NCBI GenBank assembly: GCA_964016885.1
Contig: OZ024756.1
Location: 13,144,001 to 13,208,000 of the forward strand
Length of the DNA: 64,000 nucleotides
From: Eledone cirrhosa
Taxonomy: Eukaryota
Direction of reading: 5' to 3'
Positions 37,580-52,680 of the stretch are shown here, piece after piece (the first letter of the stretch is position 1; each line of letters opens with the position of its first letter). Position numbers and translations under genes: made by a program. Below the pieces are notes generated by a model, which saw only the letters and a list, made by a program, of their open reading frames with translations, was not told the DNA's origin and did no database searches.

Positions 37580-38116
37580 GGAGATAAATGAAGGGTGGCA
37601 AGAGTTGCTATGCCAAGTAGAATCAGAGGCACTTAAGATATATAACAAAACACCACAGAAAGCATGAAAATATCAAAGTGAAAATTTGTATAGGAAATTG
37701 TGTGTAAGGGATGGGAAATATTAAAATGGAGGTTCTGCCTAGAATATGTCTTCATTCAAGCCTTTGTTGTCAAGCATTCAAGATTCTGAATTGTTGGATA
37801 ATAAAATATTGTGTCGTAGGAGGGAGCGCTAGCTGTAGTGCAGGGGAGCTGTGGAGGCACTCTAAAGGGACTAGAGTGCCAGCTCAACAACTGTTCCATT
37901 AGAGAATTGAGGTACAGTGTACAAAAAAACATTTCAAGAATTACAGTTTATGATACACGCACACATATGTATATATATATATATATATGTATGTTTGTGT
38001 GTGTTTTTGTATATATATATGTGTGTGTGTGTGTATGTGTATGTATATATATGTATATATGTATATATGTATATATGTGTGTATACATATGTATACGTAT
38101 ATACATATATATACAT

Positions 38117-38164
<48 letters not shown>

Positions 38165-38233
38165 ATATATATATATATATATGTGTGTATGCATATATAC
38201 ATATTTATGTGTATACATGTATACATATGTATG

Positions 38234-38292
<59 letters not shown>

Positions 38293-38629
38293 ATATATAT
38301 ATATATATATGTGTGTGTATACATATATACATATTTATGTGTATATATATACATGTATATATATGTATGTATATATATATATATATATATAAGAGACACA
38401 TACACACATATATATATACATATATTATATTATATTATATACACTATATAAACTTCATATACATTATATAGACTGTAGTGAATCGATTCATTATTATGAT
38501 ATACAAGAGACATTATTGACAGTCAAGCAATTGACAAATCAATTGCTACTATGAGATCGATAACACTCGATGGCAACATGGAGGAATAAACGTTAGTTTC
38601 CGTCAACGTAGAGATGTGGTTACAGTCTC

Positions 38630-41600
38630 TCCTACTACCACACTACCACACTACCACACTACTACACTGCCACACTACCAGACTACCACACTACTACACT
38701 ACCACACGACCACACTACCACACTACTACACTGCCACACTACTACACTGCCACACTACCACACTACCACACTACCACACTATCACACTACCACACTACCA
38801 CACTACCACACTACTACACTACCACACTACCACACTGCCACACTATCACACTACCACACTACCACACTACCACACTACCACACTACCACACTACTACACT
38901 GCCACACTACCACACTACCACACTACCACACTACCACACTACTACACTGCCACACTACCAGACTACCACACTACTACACTACCACACTACCACACTACCA
39001 CACTACCACACTATCACACTGCCACACTACTACACTGCCACACTACCACACTACCACACTACTACACTGCCACACTACCAGACTACCACACTACTACACT
39101 ACCACACTACCACACTACCACACTACCACACTATCACACTGCCACACTACTACACTGCCACACTACCACACTACCACACTACTACACTGCCACACTACCA
39201 CACTACCACACTACCACACTACCACACTACTACACTGCCACACTACCACACTACCACACTACTACACTGCCACACTACTACACTGCCACACTACCACACT
39301 ATCCCACTACCACACTACCACACTACCACACTCCCAGACTACCACACTACTACACTACCACACTACCACACTACTACACTGCCAAACTACCACACTATCC
39401 CACTACCACACTACCACACTACCACACTACTACACTGCCACACTACCACACTATCACACTACCACACTACCACACTACCACACTACCACACTACTACACT
39501 ACCACACTACCACACTACCACACTACCACACTACTACACTGCCACACTACTACACTACCACACTACCACACTACCACACTACCACACTACCACACTACCA
39601 CACTGCCACACTACCACACTACCACACTACCACACTACTACACTACCACACTACTACACTACCACACTACCACACTACCACACTACCACACTACTACACT
39701 ACCACACTACCACACTACCACACTACCACACTACCACACTACTACACTACCACACTACCACACTACCACACTATCACACTACCACACTACCACACTACCA
39801 CACTACCACACTACTACACTACCACACTACCACACTACCACACTACTACACTGCCATACTACCACACTACCCCACTACCACACTCCCACTCTATCACACT
39901 ATCACACTACCACACTACCACACTACCACACTGCCACACTACCACACTACCATACTACCACACTACCACTTTAACATACTACCACACTACCACACTACCA
40001 CACTATCACACTACCACACTACCACACTACCACACTACTACACTGCCACACTACTACACTACCACACTACCACACTACCACACTACCACACTACCACACT
40101 ACTACACTGCCACACTACCACACTACCACACTACCACACTATCACACTACTACACTACCACACTACTACACTACCACACTACCACACTACCACACTACCA
40201 CACTACCACACTACTACACTACCACACTACCACACTACCACACTACCACACTACCACACTACCACACTACCACACTACCACACTACTACACTACCACACT
40301 ACCACACTACTACACTGCCACACTACCACACTACTACACTACCACACTACCACACTACCACACTATCACACTACCACACTACCACACTACCACACTACCA
40401 CACTACCACACTACTACACTACCACACTACTACACTACTACACTACCACACTACCACACTATCACACTACCACACTACCACACTACCACACTACCACACT
40501 ACCACACTACTACACTACCACACTACTACACTACCACACTACCACACTACTACACTACCACACTACCACACTACTACACTGCCACACTACCACACTACCA
40601 CACTACTACACTACCACACTACCACACTACCACACTACTACACTACCACACTACCACACTACCACACTACTACACTGCCACACTACTACACTACCACACT
40701 ACCACACTACCACACTACCACACTACCACACTACTACACTGCCACACTACCACACTACCACACTACCACACTACCACACTACTACACTACCACACTACTA
40801 CACTACCACACTACCACACTACCACACTACCACACTACCACACTACTACACTACCACACTACCACACTACCACACTACCACACTACTACACTACCACACT
40901 ACCACACTACCACACTATCACACTACCACACTACCACACTACCACACTACCACACTACCACACTACTACACTACCACACTACTACACTACTACACTACCA
41001 CACTACCACACTACCACACTACCACACTACCACACTACCATACTACCATACTACCACACTACCACACTACTACACTACCACACTACTACACTACCACACT
41101 ACCACACTACCACACTACCACACTACCATACTACCATACTACCACACTACCACACTACTACACTACCACACTACCACACTACCACACTACCACACTACCA
41201 CACTACCACACTACCACACTACTACACTACCACACTACTACACTAACACACTACCACACTACCACACTACCACACTACCACACTACTACACTACTACACT
41301 ACCACACTACCACACTACCACACTACCACACTACCACACTACTACACTACCACACTACTACACTACTACACTACCACACTACCACACTACCACACTACCA
41401 CACTACCACACTACCATACTACCACACTACCACACTACCACACTACTACACTACTACACTACCACACTACCACACTACCACACTACCACACTACTACACT
41501 ACTACACTACCACACTACCACACTACCATACTACCATACTACCACACTACCACACTACTACACTACTACACTACCACACTACCACACTACCACACTACTA

Positions 41601-44600
41601 CACTACCACACTACCACACTACTACACTACCACACTACCACACTACCACACTACCACACTACTACACTACCACACTACTACACTACCACACTACCACACT
41701 ACCACACTACCACACTACCACACTACCACACTACCACACTACTACACTACCACACTACCACACTACCATACTACCATACTACCACACTACCACACTACTA
41801 CACTACTACACTACCACACTACCACACTACCACACTACTACACTACCACACTACCACACTACTACACTACCACACTACCACACTACCACACTACCACACT
41901 ACCACACTACCACACTACTACACTACCACACTACCACACTACCACACTACCACACTACCACACTACCACACTACCACACTACTACACTACCACACTACCA
42001 CACTACCACACTACTACACTACCACACTACTACACTACTACACTACCACACTACCACACTACCATACTACTACACTACCACACTACTACACTACTACACT
42101 ACCACACTACCACACTACCATACTACCACACTACCACACTACTACACTACTACACTACCACACTACCACACTACCACACTACCACACTACCACACTACCA
42201 CACTACTACACTACCACACTACCACACTACCACACTACCACACTACCACACTACTACACTACCACACTACTACACTACCACACTACCACACTACCACACT
42301 ACCACACTACCACACTACCACACTACTACACTACCACACTACCACACTACCACACTACCACACTATCACACTACCACACTACCACACTACCACACTACTA
42401 CACTGCCACACTACCACACTACCACACTACCACACTACCACACTACCACACTACTACACTACCACACTACCACACTACCACACTACCACACTACTACAAC
42501 ACCACACTACCACACTATCACACTACCACACTACCACACTACCACACTACCACACTACTACACTACTACACTACCACACTACCACACTACTACACTACCA
42601 CACTACCACACTACTACACTACCACACTACCACACTACCACACTACTACACTACCACACTACCACACTACCACACTACCACACTACTACACTACCACACT
42701 ACCACACTATCACACTACCACACTACCACACTACCACACTACTACACTACTACACTATCACACTACCACACTACCACACTACCACACTACCACACTACCA
42801 CACTACTACACTACCACACTACCACACTACCACACTACCACACTACTACACTACCACACTACCACACTATCACACTACCACACTACTACACTACTACACT
42901 ACCACACTACCACACTACCACACTACCACACTACTACACTACTACACTACCACACTACCACACTACCACACTACCACACTACTACACTACCACACTACCA
43001 CACTATCACACTACCACCCTACCACACTACCACACTACCACACTACTACACTACCACACTATCACACTACCACACTACCACACTACTACACTACCACACT
43101 ACCACACTACCACACTACTACACTACCACACTACCACACTACCACACTACAACACTACCACACTACCACACTACCATACTACCATACTACCACACTACCA
43201 CACTACTACACTACTACACTACCACACTACCACACTACCACACTACCACACTACCACACTACTACACTGCCACACTACCACACTCCCACACTCCCACACT
43301 ACCACACTACCACACTACCACACTACCACACTACCACACTGCCACGCTACCACACTACCACACTCCCAGACTACCACACTACCACACTACCACACTACCA
43401 CACTACTACACTACTACACTACCACACTACCACACTACCACACTACCACACTACCACACTACTACACTACTACACTACCACACTACCACACTACCACACT
43501 ACTACACTACCACACTCCCACACTACCACACTACCACACTACCACACTACCACACTACTACACTACTACACTACCACACTATCACACTACCACACTACCA
43601 CACTACCACACTCCCAGACTACCACACTACCACACTACCACACTACCACACTACTACACTGCCACACTACCACACTACTACACTACCACACTACCACACT
43701 ACCACACTACTACACTACCACACTACCACACTACCACACTACTACACTGCCACACTACCACACTACCACACTACCACACTACCACACTACCACACTACCA
43801 CACTACTACACTGACACACTACCACACTACCACACTACCACACTACCACACTACTACACTACTACACTATCACACTACCACACTACCACACTACCACACT
43901 ACTACACTGCCACACTACCACACTACTACACTACCACACTACCACACTACCACACTACTACACTACCACACTACCACACTACCACACTACTACACTGCCA
44001 CACTACCACACTACCACACTACCACACTACCACACTACCACACTACCACACTACTACACTGACACACTACCACACTACCACACTACCACACTACTACACT
44101 GCCACACTACCACACTACCACACTACCACACTACCACACTACCACACTACTACACTACCACACTACCACACTACCACACTACCACACTACTACACTACCA
44201 CACTACCACACTACCACACTACTACACTACTACACTGCCACACTACCACACTACTACACTACCACACTACCACACTACCACACTACCACACTACTACACT
44301 ACTACACTACCACACTACCACACTACCACACTACCACACTACCACACTACCACACTACTACACTACCACACTACCATACTACCACACTACCACACTACCA
44401 CACTACCACACTACCACACTCCCACACTACTACACTACCACACTACCATACTACCACACTACCACACTACCACACTACCACACTCCCACACTACTACACT
44501 ACCACACTACCACACTCCCACACTACTACACTACCACACTACCACACTACCACACTACTACACTACTACACTACCACACTACCATACTACCACACTACCA

Positions 44601-47600
44601 CACTACCACACTACTACACTACTACACTACCACACTCCCACACTACTACACTACCACACTACCATACTACCACACTACCACACTACTACACTACTACACT
44701 ACTACACTACCACACTACCACACTACCACACTACCACACTACTACACTACCACACTACTACACACCCACACTCCCACACTACCACACTACCCCACTACTA
44801 CACTACTACACTACTACACTACCACACTACCACACTACCACACTACTACACTGCCACACTACCACACTACTACACTACCACACTACCACACTACCACACT
44901 ACCACACTACCACACTACTACACTACTGCACTACCACACTACCACACTACCACACTACCACACTACTACACTACTACACTACCACACTACCACACTACTA
45001 CACTCCCAGACTACCACACTACTACACTACCACACTACTACACTCCCAGACTACCACACTACCACACTACCACACTCCCAGACTACCACACTACCACACT
45101 ACCACACTACCACACTACCACACTCCCAGACTACTACACTACCACACTACCACACTCCCAGACTACCACACTACCAGACTACTACACTGCCACACTACCA
45201 CACTACCACACTACCACACTACCACACTACCACACTACTACACTGCCACACTACCACACTATCCCACTACCACACTACCACACTACCACACTACCACACT
45301 CCCACACTACTACACTACCACACTACCATACTACCACACTACCACACTACCACACTACCATACTACCACACTACCACACTACCACACTACCACACTCCCA
45401 GACTACCACACTACCACACTACTACACTACCACACTACCACACTTCCAGACTACCACACTACCTCACTACCACACTACCACACTACTACACTACTACACT
45501 ACCACACTACCACACTCCCACACTACTACACTACCACACTACCATACTACCACACTACCACACTACCACACTACCATACTACCACACTACCACACTACCA
45601 CACTACCACACTCCCAGACTACCACACTACCACACTACTACACTACCACACTACCACACTTCCAGACTACCACACTACCTCACTACCACACTACCACACT
45701 ACTACACTACTACACTGCCACACTACCACACTACTACACTACCACACTACCACACTACCACACTACCACACTACCACACTACCACACTCCCACACTACTA
45801 CACTACCACACTACCATACTACCACACTACCACACTACCACACTACTACACACCCACACTCCCACACTACCACACTACCCCACTACTACACTACTACACT
45901 ACTACACTACCACACTACCACACTACCACACTACTACACTACTACACTACTACACTACCACACTACTACACTGCCACACTACCACACTACTACACTACCA
46001 CACTACTACACTCCCAGACTACCACACTACTACACTACCACACTACTACACTCCCAGACTACCACACTACCACACTACCACACTCCCAGACTACCACACT
46101 ACCACACTACCACAGTACCACACTACCACACTCCCAGACTACCACACTACCAGACTACTACACTGCCACACTACCACACTACCACACTACCACACTACCA
46201 CACTACCACACTACCACACTACCACACTACCACACTACCACACTACCACACTACCACACTATCACACTACCACCCTACCACACTACCACACTACCACACT
46301 ACTACACTACCACACTATCACACTACCACACTATCCCACTACCACACTACCACACTACCACACTACCACACTACCACACTCCCACACTACTACACTACCA
46401 CACTACCATACTACCACACTACCACACTACCACACTACTACACACCCACACTCCCACACTACCACACTATCCCACTACCACACTACCACACTACCACACT
46501 ACCATACTACCACACTACCACACTACCACACTACTACACTCCCAGACTACCACACTACCACACTACTACACTACCACACTTCCAGACTACCACACTACCA
46601 CACTACCACACTACCACACTTCCAGACTACCACACTACCACACTCCCAGACTACCACACTGCCACACTACCACACTACTACACTCCCAGACTACCACACT
46701 ACCACACTACTACACTACCACACTTCCAGACTACCACACTACTACACTACCACACTACCACACTCCCAGACTACCACACTACCACACTCCCAGACTATCA
46801 CACTACTACACTACCACACTATCACACTCCCAGACTACCACACTACCACACTCCCAGACTACCACACTACCATACTACCACACTACCACACTACCACACT
46901 ACCACACTACCACACTACTACACTACCACACTACTACACTACCACACTACCACACTACTACACTACCACACTACCACACTACTACACTACCACACTACTA
47001 CACTACCACACTACCACACTATCACACTACTACACTACCACACTATCACACTACCACACTCCCAGACTACCACACTACCACACTACTACACTACCACACT
47101 ACCACACTTCCAGACTACCACACTCCCACACTACTACACTACCACACTACTACACTATCACACTCCCAGACTACCAGACTACCACACTACCACACTACTA
47201 CACTACCACACTACTACACTACCACACTACCACACTACTACACTACCACACTACCACACTACTACACTACCACACTACCACACTACCACACTACCACACT
47301 ACTACACTACCACACTACCTCACTACCACACTACTACACTATCACACTCCCAGACTACCAGACTACCACACTACTACACTACCACACTACCACACTACTA
47401 CACTACCACACTACCACACTACTACACTACCACACTACTACACTACCACACTACCACACTACCACACTACTACACTACCACACTACCTCACTACCACACT
47501 ACTACACTACCACACTACTACACTACCAGACTACCACACTACTACACTACCACACTACTACACTATCACACTCCCAGACTACCACACTACCACACTACTA

Positions 47601-48810
47601 CACTACCACACTACTACACTACCACACTACTACACTATCACACTCCCAGACTACCACACTACCACACTACTACACTACCACACTCCCAGACTACCACACT
47701 ACCACACTACTACACTACCACACTACCACACTCCCACACTACCACACTACTACACTACCACACTACCACACTACTACACTCCCAGACTACCTCACTACCA
47801 CACTACTACACTACCACACTACCACATTATCACACTACCACACTACCACACTCCCACACTCCCAGACTACCACACTACCACACTACCACACTACCACACT
47901 ACTACACTACCACACTACCACACTACCACACTACCACACTACCACACTACTACACTACCACACTACCACACTCCCAGACTACCAGACTACCAGACTACCA
48001 CACTACTACACTACCACACTACCACACTCCCACACTACCACACTACCACACTACCACACTACAACACTACTACACTACCACACTACCACACTACCAGACT
48101 CCCAGACTACCACACTACCACACTACCACACTACTACACTACCACACTACCACACTACCACACTACCACACTACCACACTACCACACTATCACACTACCA
48201 CACTATTATACTACCACACTACTACACTACCACACTACCACACTACCAGACTACCACACTACCAGACTACCACACTACCACACTACCACACTACCACATT
48301 ACCACACTCCCACACTACCACACTATCACACTACCACACTACCACACTACCACACTATCACACTACCACACTACCACACTCGCACACTACCACACTACCA
48401 CACTACCACACTACCACACTACCACACTATCACACTACCACACTACCACACTCCCACACTACCACACTCCCACACTACCACACTACCACACTCCCACACT
48501 ACCACACTACCACACTCCCACACTACCACACTACCACACTCCCACACTACCACATTATCACACTACCACACTACCACACTCCCACACTCCCAGACTACCA
48601 CACTACCACACTACCCCACTCCCACACTACCACACTACCACACTACCACACTCCCACACTCCCACACTACCACACTACCACACTACCACACTACCACACT
48701 CCCACACTCCCAGACTACCACACTACTACACTATCATACTACCACACTATCACCTTCTCTCTCTCTCTCTAACACACTACCATACTCCCACACTATCACA
48801 CTATCACCTT
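38630..48810. repeat. About 10.2-kb 8-bp satellite (ACTACCAC)n with variants (ACTACTAC, ACTGCCAC, ACTCCCAG)
   Basis: Direct reading; source of the spurious 3402-aa ORF. Confidence 0.98.
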
Positions 48811-49017
48811 CTCTCTCTCTAACACACATATTATCACACTCTATGTGTGATATTTATGTATATGTGTGTGTAAATATCTATATATGTGTGTGTGTAAATA
48901 TCTATATATGTGTATATATATATATATATATACACACACATATATATAGATATTTACACACACATATACATAAATATCACACACAGAGTGTGATAATATG
49001 TGTGTTAGAGAGAGAGA
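48811..49017. repeat. Fold-back inverted repeat centred on (TA)n at the satellite end
   Basis: CTCTCTCTAACACACATATTATCACACTCT... / ...AGAGTGTGATAATATGTGTGTTAGAGAGAG. Confidence 0.88.
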
Positions 49018-49018
49018 G

Positions 49019-49696
49019 ACCCAATCATGCAACAGGTTGTACGGGGTTATATGTTACCAGTAGCACTCGAGAGCAACCTGACATACATGCACACGCATAC
49101 ATACTTATATACATACATATTTACACAAATACAAACATATTTGCATGCATATATATACATACATAAGGATAGGATAAGGGTAAAGATCTCGTAATTACTT
49201 ATGGAGTCGTAACGGCACCGTCATATGGCGGGTTTAGGGCTCTTTTAAACATGGCGGCAGATTCGTTAAGATGTTTGACAGAATGCTTTACTGTATTCGT
49301 CCCACCTCATTGCACGCTTTGAGTTCAAATCCCGCCGTGGTCAACTTTGCCTTTCATCCTTTTGAGGTGGATAAATAAAGTACCAGTCCAGTACTGGGGT
49401 GGATTCTTCCTCTATAGAAATAAATCGTCTGTTTTCAGACTTGGAGAAAGTTGGGCTCCGCCATGTTTAAAAGAGCCCTAAACCCGCCATATGACGGTGC
49501 CGTTACGACTCCATAAGTAATTACGGGAACTTTACCCTTATCCTATCCTTATGTATGTATATATATGCATGCAAATATGTTTGTATTTGTGTAAATATGT
49601 ATGTATATAAGTATGTATGCGTGTGCATGTATGTCAGGTTGCTCTCGAGTGCTACTGGTAACATATAACCCCGTACAACCTGTTGCATGATTGGGT
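49019..49696. repeat. Near-perfect inverted repeat (about 240-bp arms) around a SINE family A fragment
   Basis: 49019-49258 versus 49458-49696; the same peptide appears in ORFs 48843+ and 49549-; arms contain CTCGAGTGCT. Confidence 0.92.
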
Positions 49697-49874
49697 TGTC
49701 GATGACTAAACCGGCAACCCCACCAAGTTTGCTTGGTGGGGTTGGTGATTGGACACCCTGCAGGATGAAAAAAAAAACTCTGACAAAGGGCGAAGGAACT
49801 CATAAGAGTCAACAGTGTGTAACTATGTGTGTAACTATGTATATACTATGTGGGATTGATTGCGCGCTTGTCTG

Positions 49875-49926
<52 letters not shown>

Positions 49927-50120
49927 GATAAATCTACCAAAAGTTTACGGTAGTGTCCAATCCGTATGAAGAACTCAATGTAATCCGGATATCATGGAAA
50001 GAAGAGATGCATTCAAAAATCGCTTTCGGTGAAAGATAAACGGAATACAGAGTCAAGATAAAATATTTAAAAAATAATGAATAAAACAACGAAACAGTTC
50101 CTTATATTAAACAAAAAAAG

Positions 50121-50273
50121 TTCATTATTTAACGATCGTTTCTAGGACATATATGTGTTAGAATTGGCATGCATATTCAAAAGATCTATGTACAAAATTA
50201 TACAAAATTATACAAACTATCAAATAGAATATACATACCAACACATACATATGCCGTCTTCAGAAATAATGAA
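50121..50273 (-). ncRNA. Type-I hammerhead motif with greatly extended stem II
   Basis: ttcattattt CTGAAGA [ggcatatgtatgtgttgg ... ctaacacatatatgtcc] GAAA c-GATC-g TT aaataatgaa; perfect 10-bp stem I. Confidence 0.75.
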
Positions 50274-50618
50274 GTATATTTATTATAATAACAATTCAAA
50301 ATTACAGGTCTGTTTGGGAACAGATTTTAAATAGACCAATGAAATACATAAAAATACATCAAGAAAATACAGTTAGCTGTGTGTATATATGCAAGTAACT
50401 TCGTTCACAGATATGCATAAAAATGTATGTTCACATGCATACGCATGTCGAAAAAGTGTATGTAAATACAAAAATTCAGGGCTAATGTCTCTGTATGTTT
50501 ATAATCCACAGACAAAATACACATACGTATACATACATATATACACTCATATATACACACATATACATACATTCATACACACACACGCATATATACATAA
50601 ACATACACATACCCACGA

Positions 50619-50651
<33 letters not shown>

Positions 50652-50882
50652 CACATACGTATATATTATTATTATAACTATATGGATATTGAGGCGCACA
50701 CATAAACACGGCCACATACACTTACATCTAGATGCAGAACTAAAAATAGGTAAGGGAGTAAGTAATTACAGAGGGTGTCAGACTCAGCATATTTATAAAA
50801 ATGTATCTATAAATTTAGAAATAAAAAGAAATATATTAAAAGAAATAAACAAGTAAAACATATAGTCATACATATAAATACA

Positions 50883-50952
<70 letters not shown>

Positions 50953-51438
50953 TATACATATATATACATATACACATACACATACACACACACATATATA
51001 TACACACACATACACACAACACACATATATACATATATGTACCCACACATACACACATACATACACACATATATATATATACATATATATACATATATAT
51101 ATACACACATATATATACACACACACATATATATACACACACACACATACATATACGTATATATACATACACACACATACCCATGTATATATACACACAA
51201 CCACACACTCACACACAACTCAGACATACATAAATATATAGACATACATACACACATACATATATATACATATATACATACATATAAATATATATACACA
51301 TATATATATACACACATATATATATATATATATAAAAAAATAATAAATAAATACACACAGTCAGACAATTATGCACATATATACACATACATACACACAT
51401 CTCTACAAATACATATACATACACATACATACATACAC

Positions 51439-51498
<60 letters not shown>

Positions 51499-51779
51499 TC
51501 ATACACACTTATTTACATGCGCACATATGTATTTTTATACTCACATACAAACACACAAACATACATACATACTTACATACACATACATACATCCACGCTT
51601 ACAAATACGAATAATTATAGGGGGGGGGGGGAGGGGGATTAAAATTATTAGTGGGAAATAGTAAATATAGGTTTCAAGGAACATAGAATATTAATCTACA
51701 TTTAAATCATAATATATGTTTACATAGTAGTGTCAGTATTAGGAAATATAAGAAAGAAGGCAAAATTATGCATTTTAAT

Positions 51780-52680
51780 ATAAGTAGACTATTAATTATA
51801 GGTTAATTAAAGTAAAAATAGTTAATATATTAATTTCTAAGGTGTATACTACTTAGGTTTATAATATTTAAAGCGGAATTTTGAAGTTAAACAGTAGTAG
51901 AGTATTAATTATAGCATAACTAAATTACAAATATTAACATGATGGTATCAATTTTAGGAAATGAATTTTGTAATAGGGAAAGCCAAATCAAGTATTTCAT
52001 CGGTAGTAGAATATTAATTATAGGTTAACTAAAATAAAAATTATATATTAATTTCTATAGTATATGTTAATTAGGTTTATAATAATTAAAGCAAATTTTG
52101 TATTTTATCTATAGTAGAATATAATTATAGGTTAACTAAAATTAAAATTAATCTATATATTTATTTGTAAAGAATATATTAATTAGGTATATATTTAAAA
52201 GTTTTTCTCAGTTTATGAATACATGATATTCTGCAATCCATCTGTATTAGAATTTTAATTTTAAGCTAACTAAATTAAAATTATAGGTTAACTAAATTAA
52301 AATTAATTTATAAATTAATTTCTAAATTGTACATTAATTAGGTTTATAATATTAAAAAGTATTTCTCTGTTATTGATTACACGATATTTTGTTATATTTC
52401 ATCTGTAAAGGAATTTTAATCAAAGGTTAAATAAACTAAAATTAATCTATAAATTAATTTCCAAAGTATATATTAATTATGTTAATAATATTTAAAAGTT
52501 TTTCACAATTTATGATTACACAATATTTTTTAATTTCATCTGTAGTAGAATTTTAATTAAATTAAAATTATAGGTTAACTACATTTAAATTAAATTATAT
52601 ATTAATTTCTCAAATATATATTATTAATTAGGTTTATAATATTTAAATGTTTTTCTCAGTTTATGATTACACGATATAAT
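51780..52680 (-). repeat. Degenerate tandem array (about 150-bp period) of the PLE ORF end and proximal 3' UTR
   Basis: TAATTAGGTTTATAAT...TTTCTCAGTTTATGATTACACGATAT recurs at about 52625, 52478, 52338 and 52182; weaker at 52068 and 51852. Confidence 0.75.

Noticed and set aside
38614-48822. 3402-aa His/Thr-rich ORF
   Set aside because: Product of an 8-bp satellite; no splice or domain evidence
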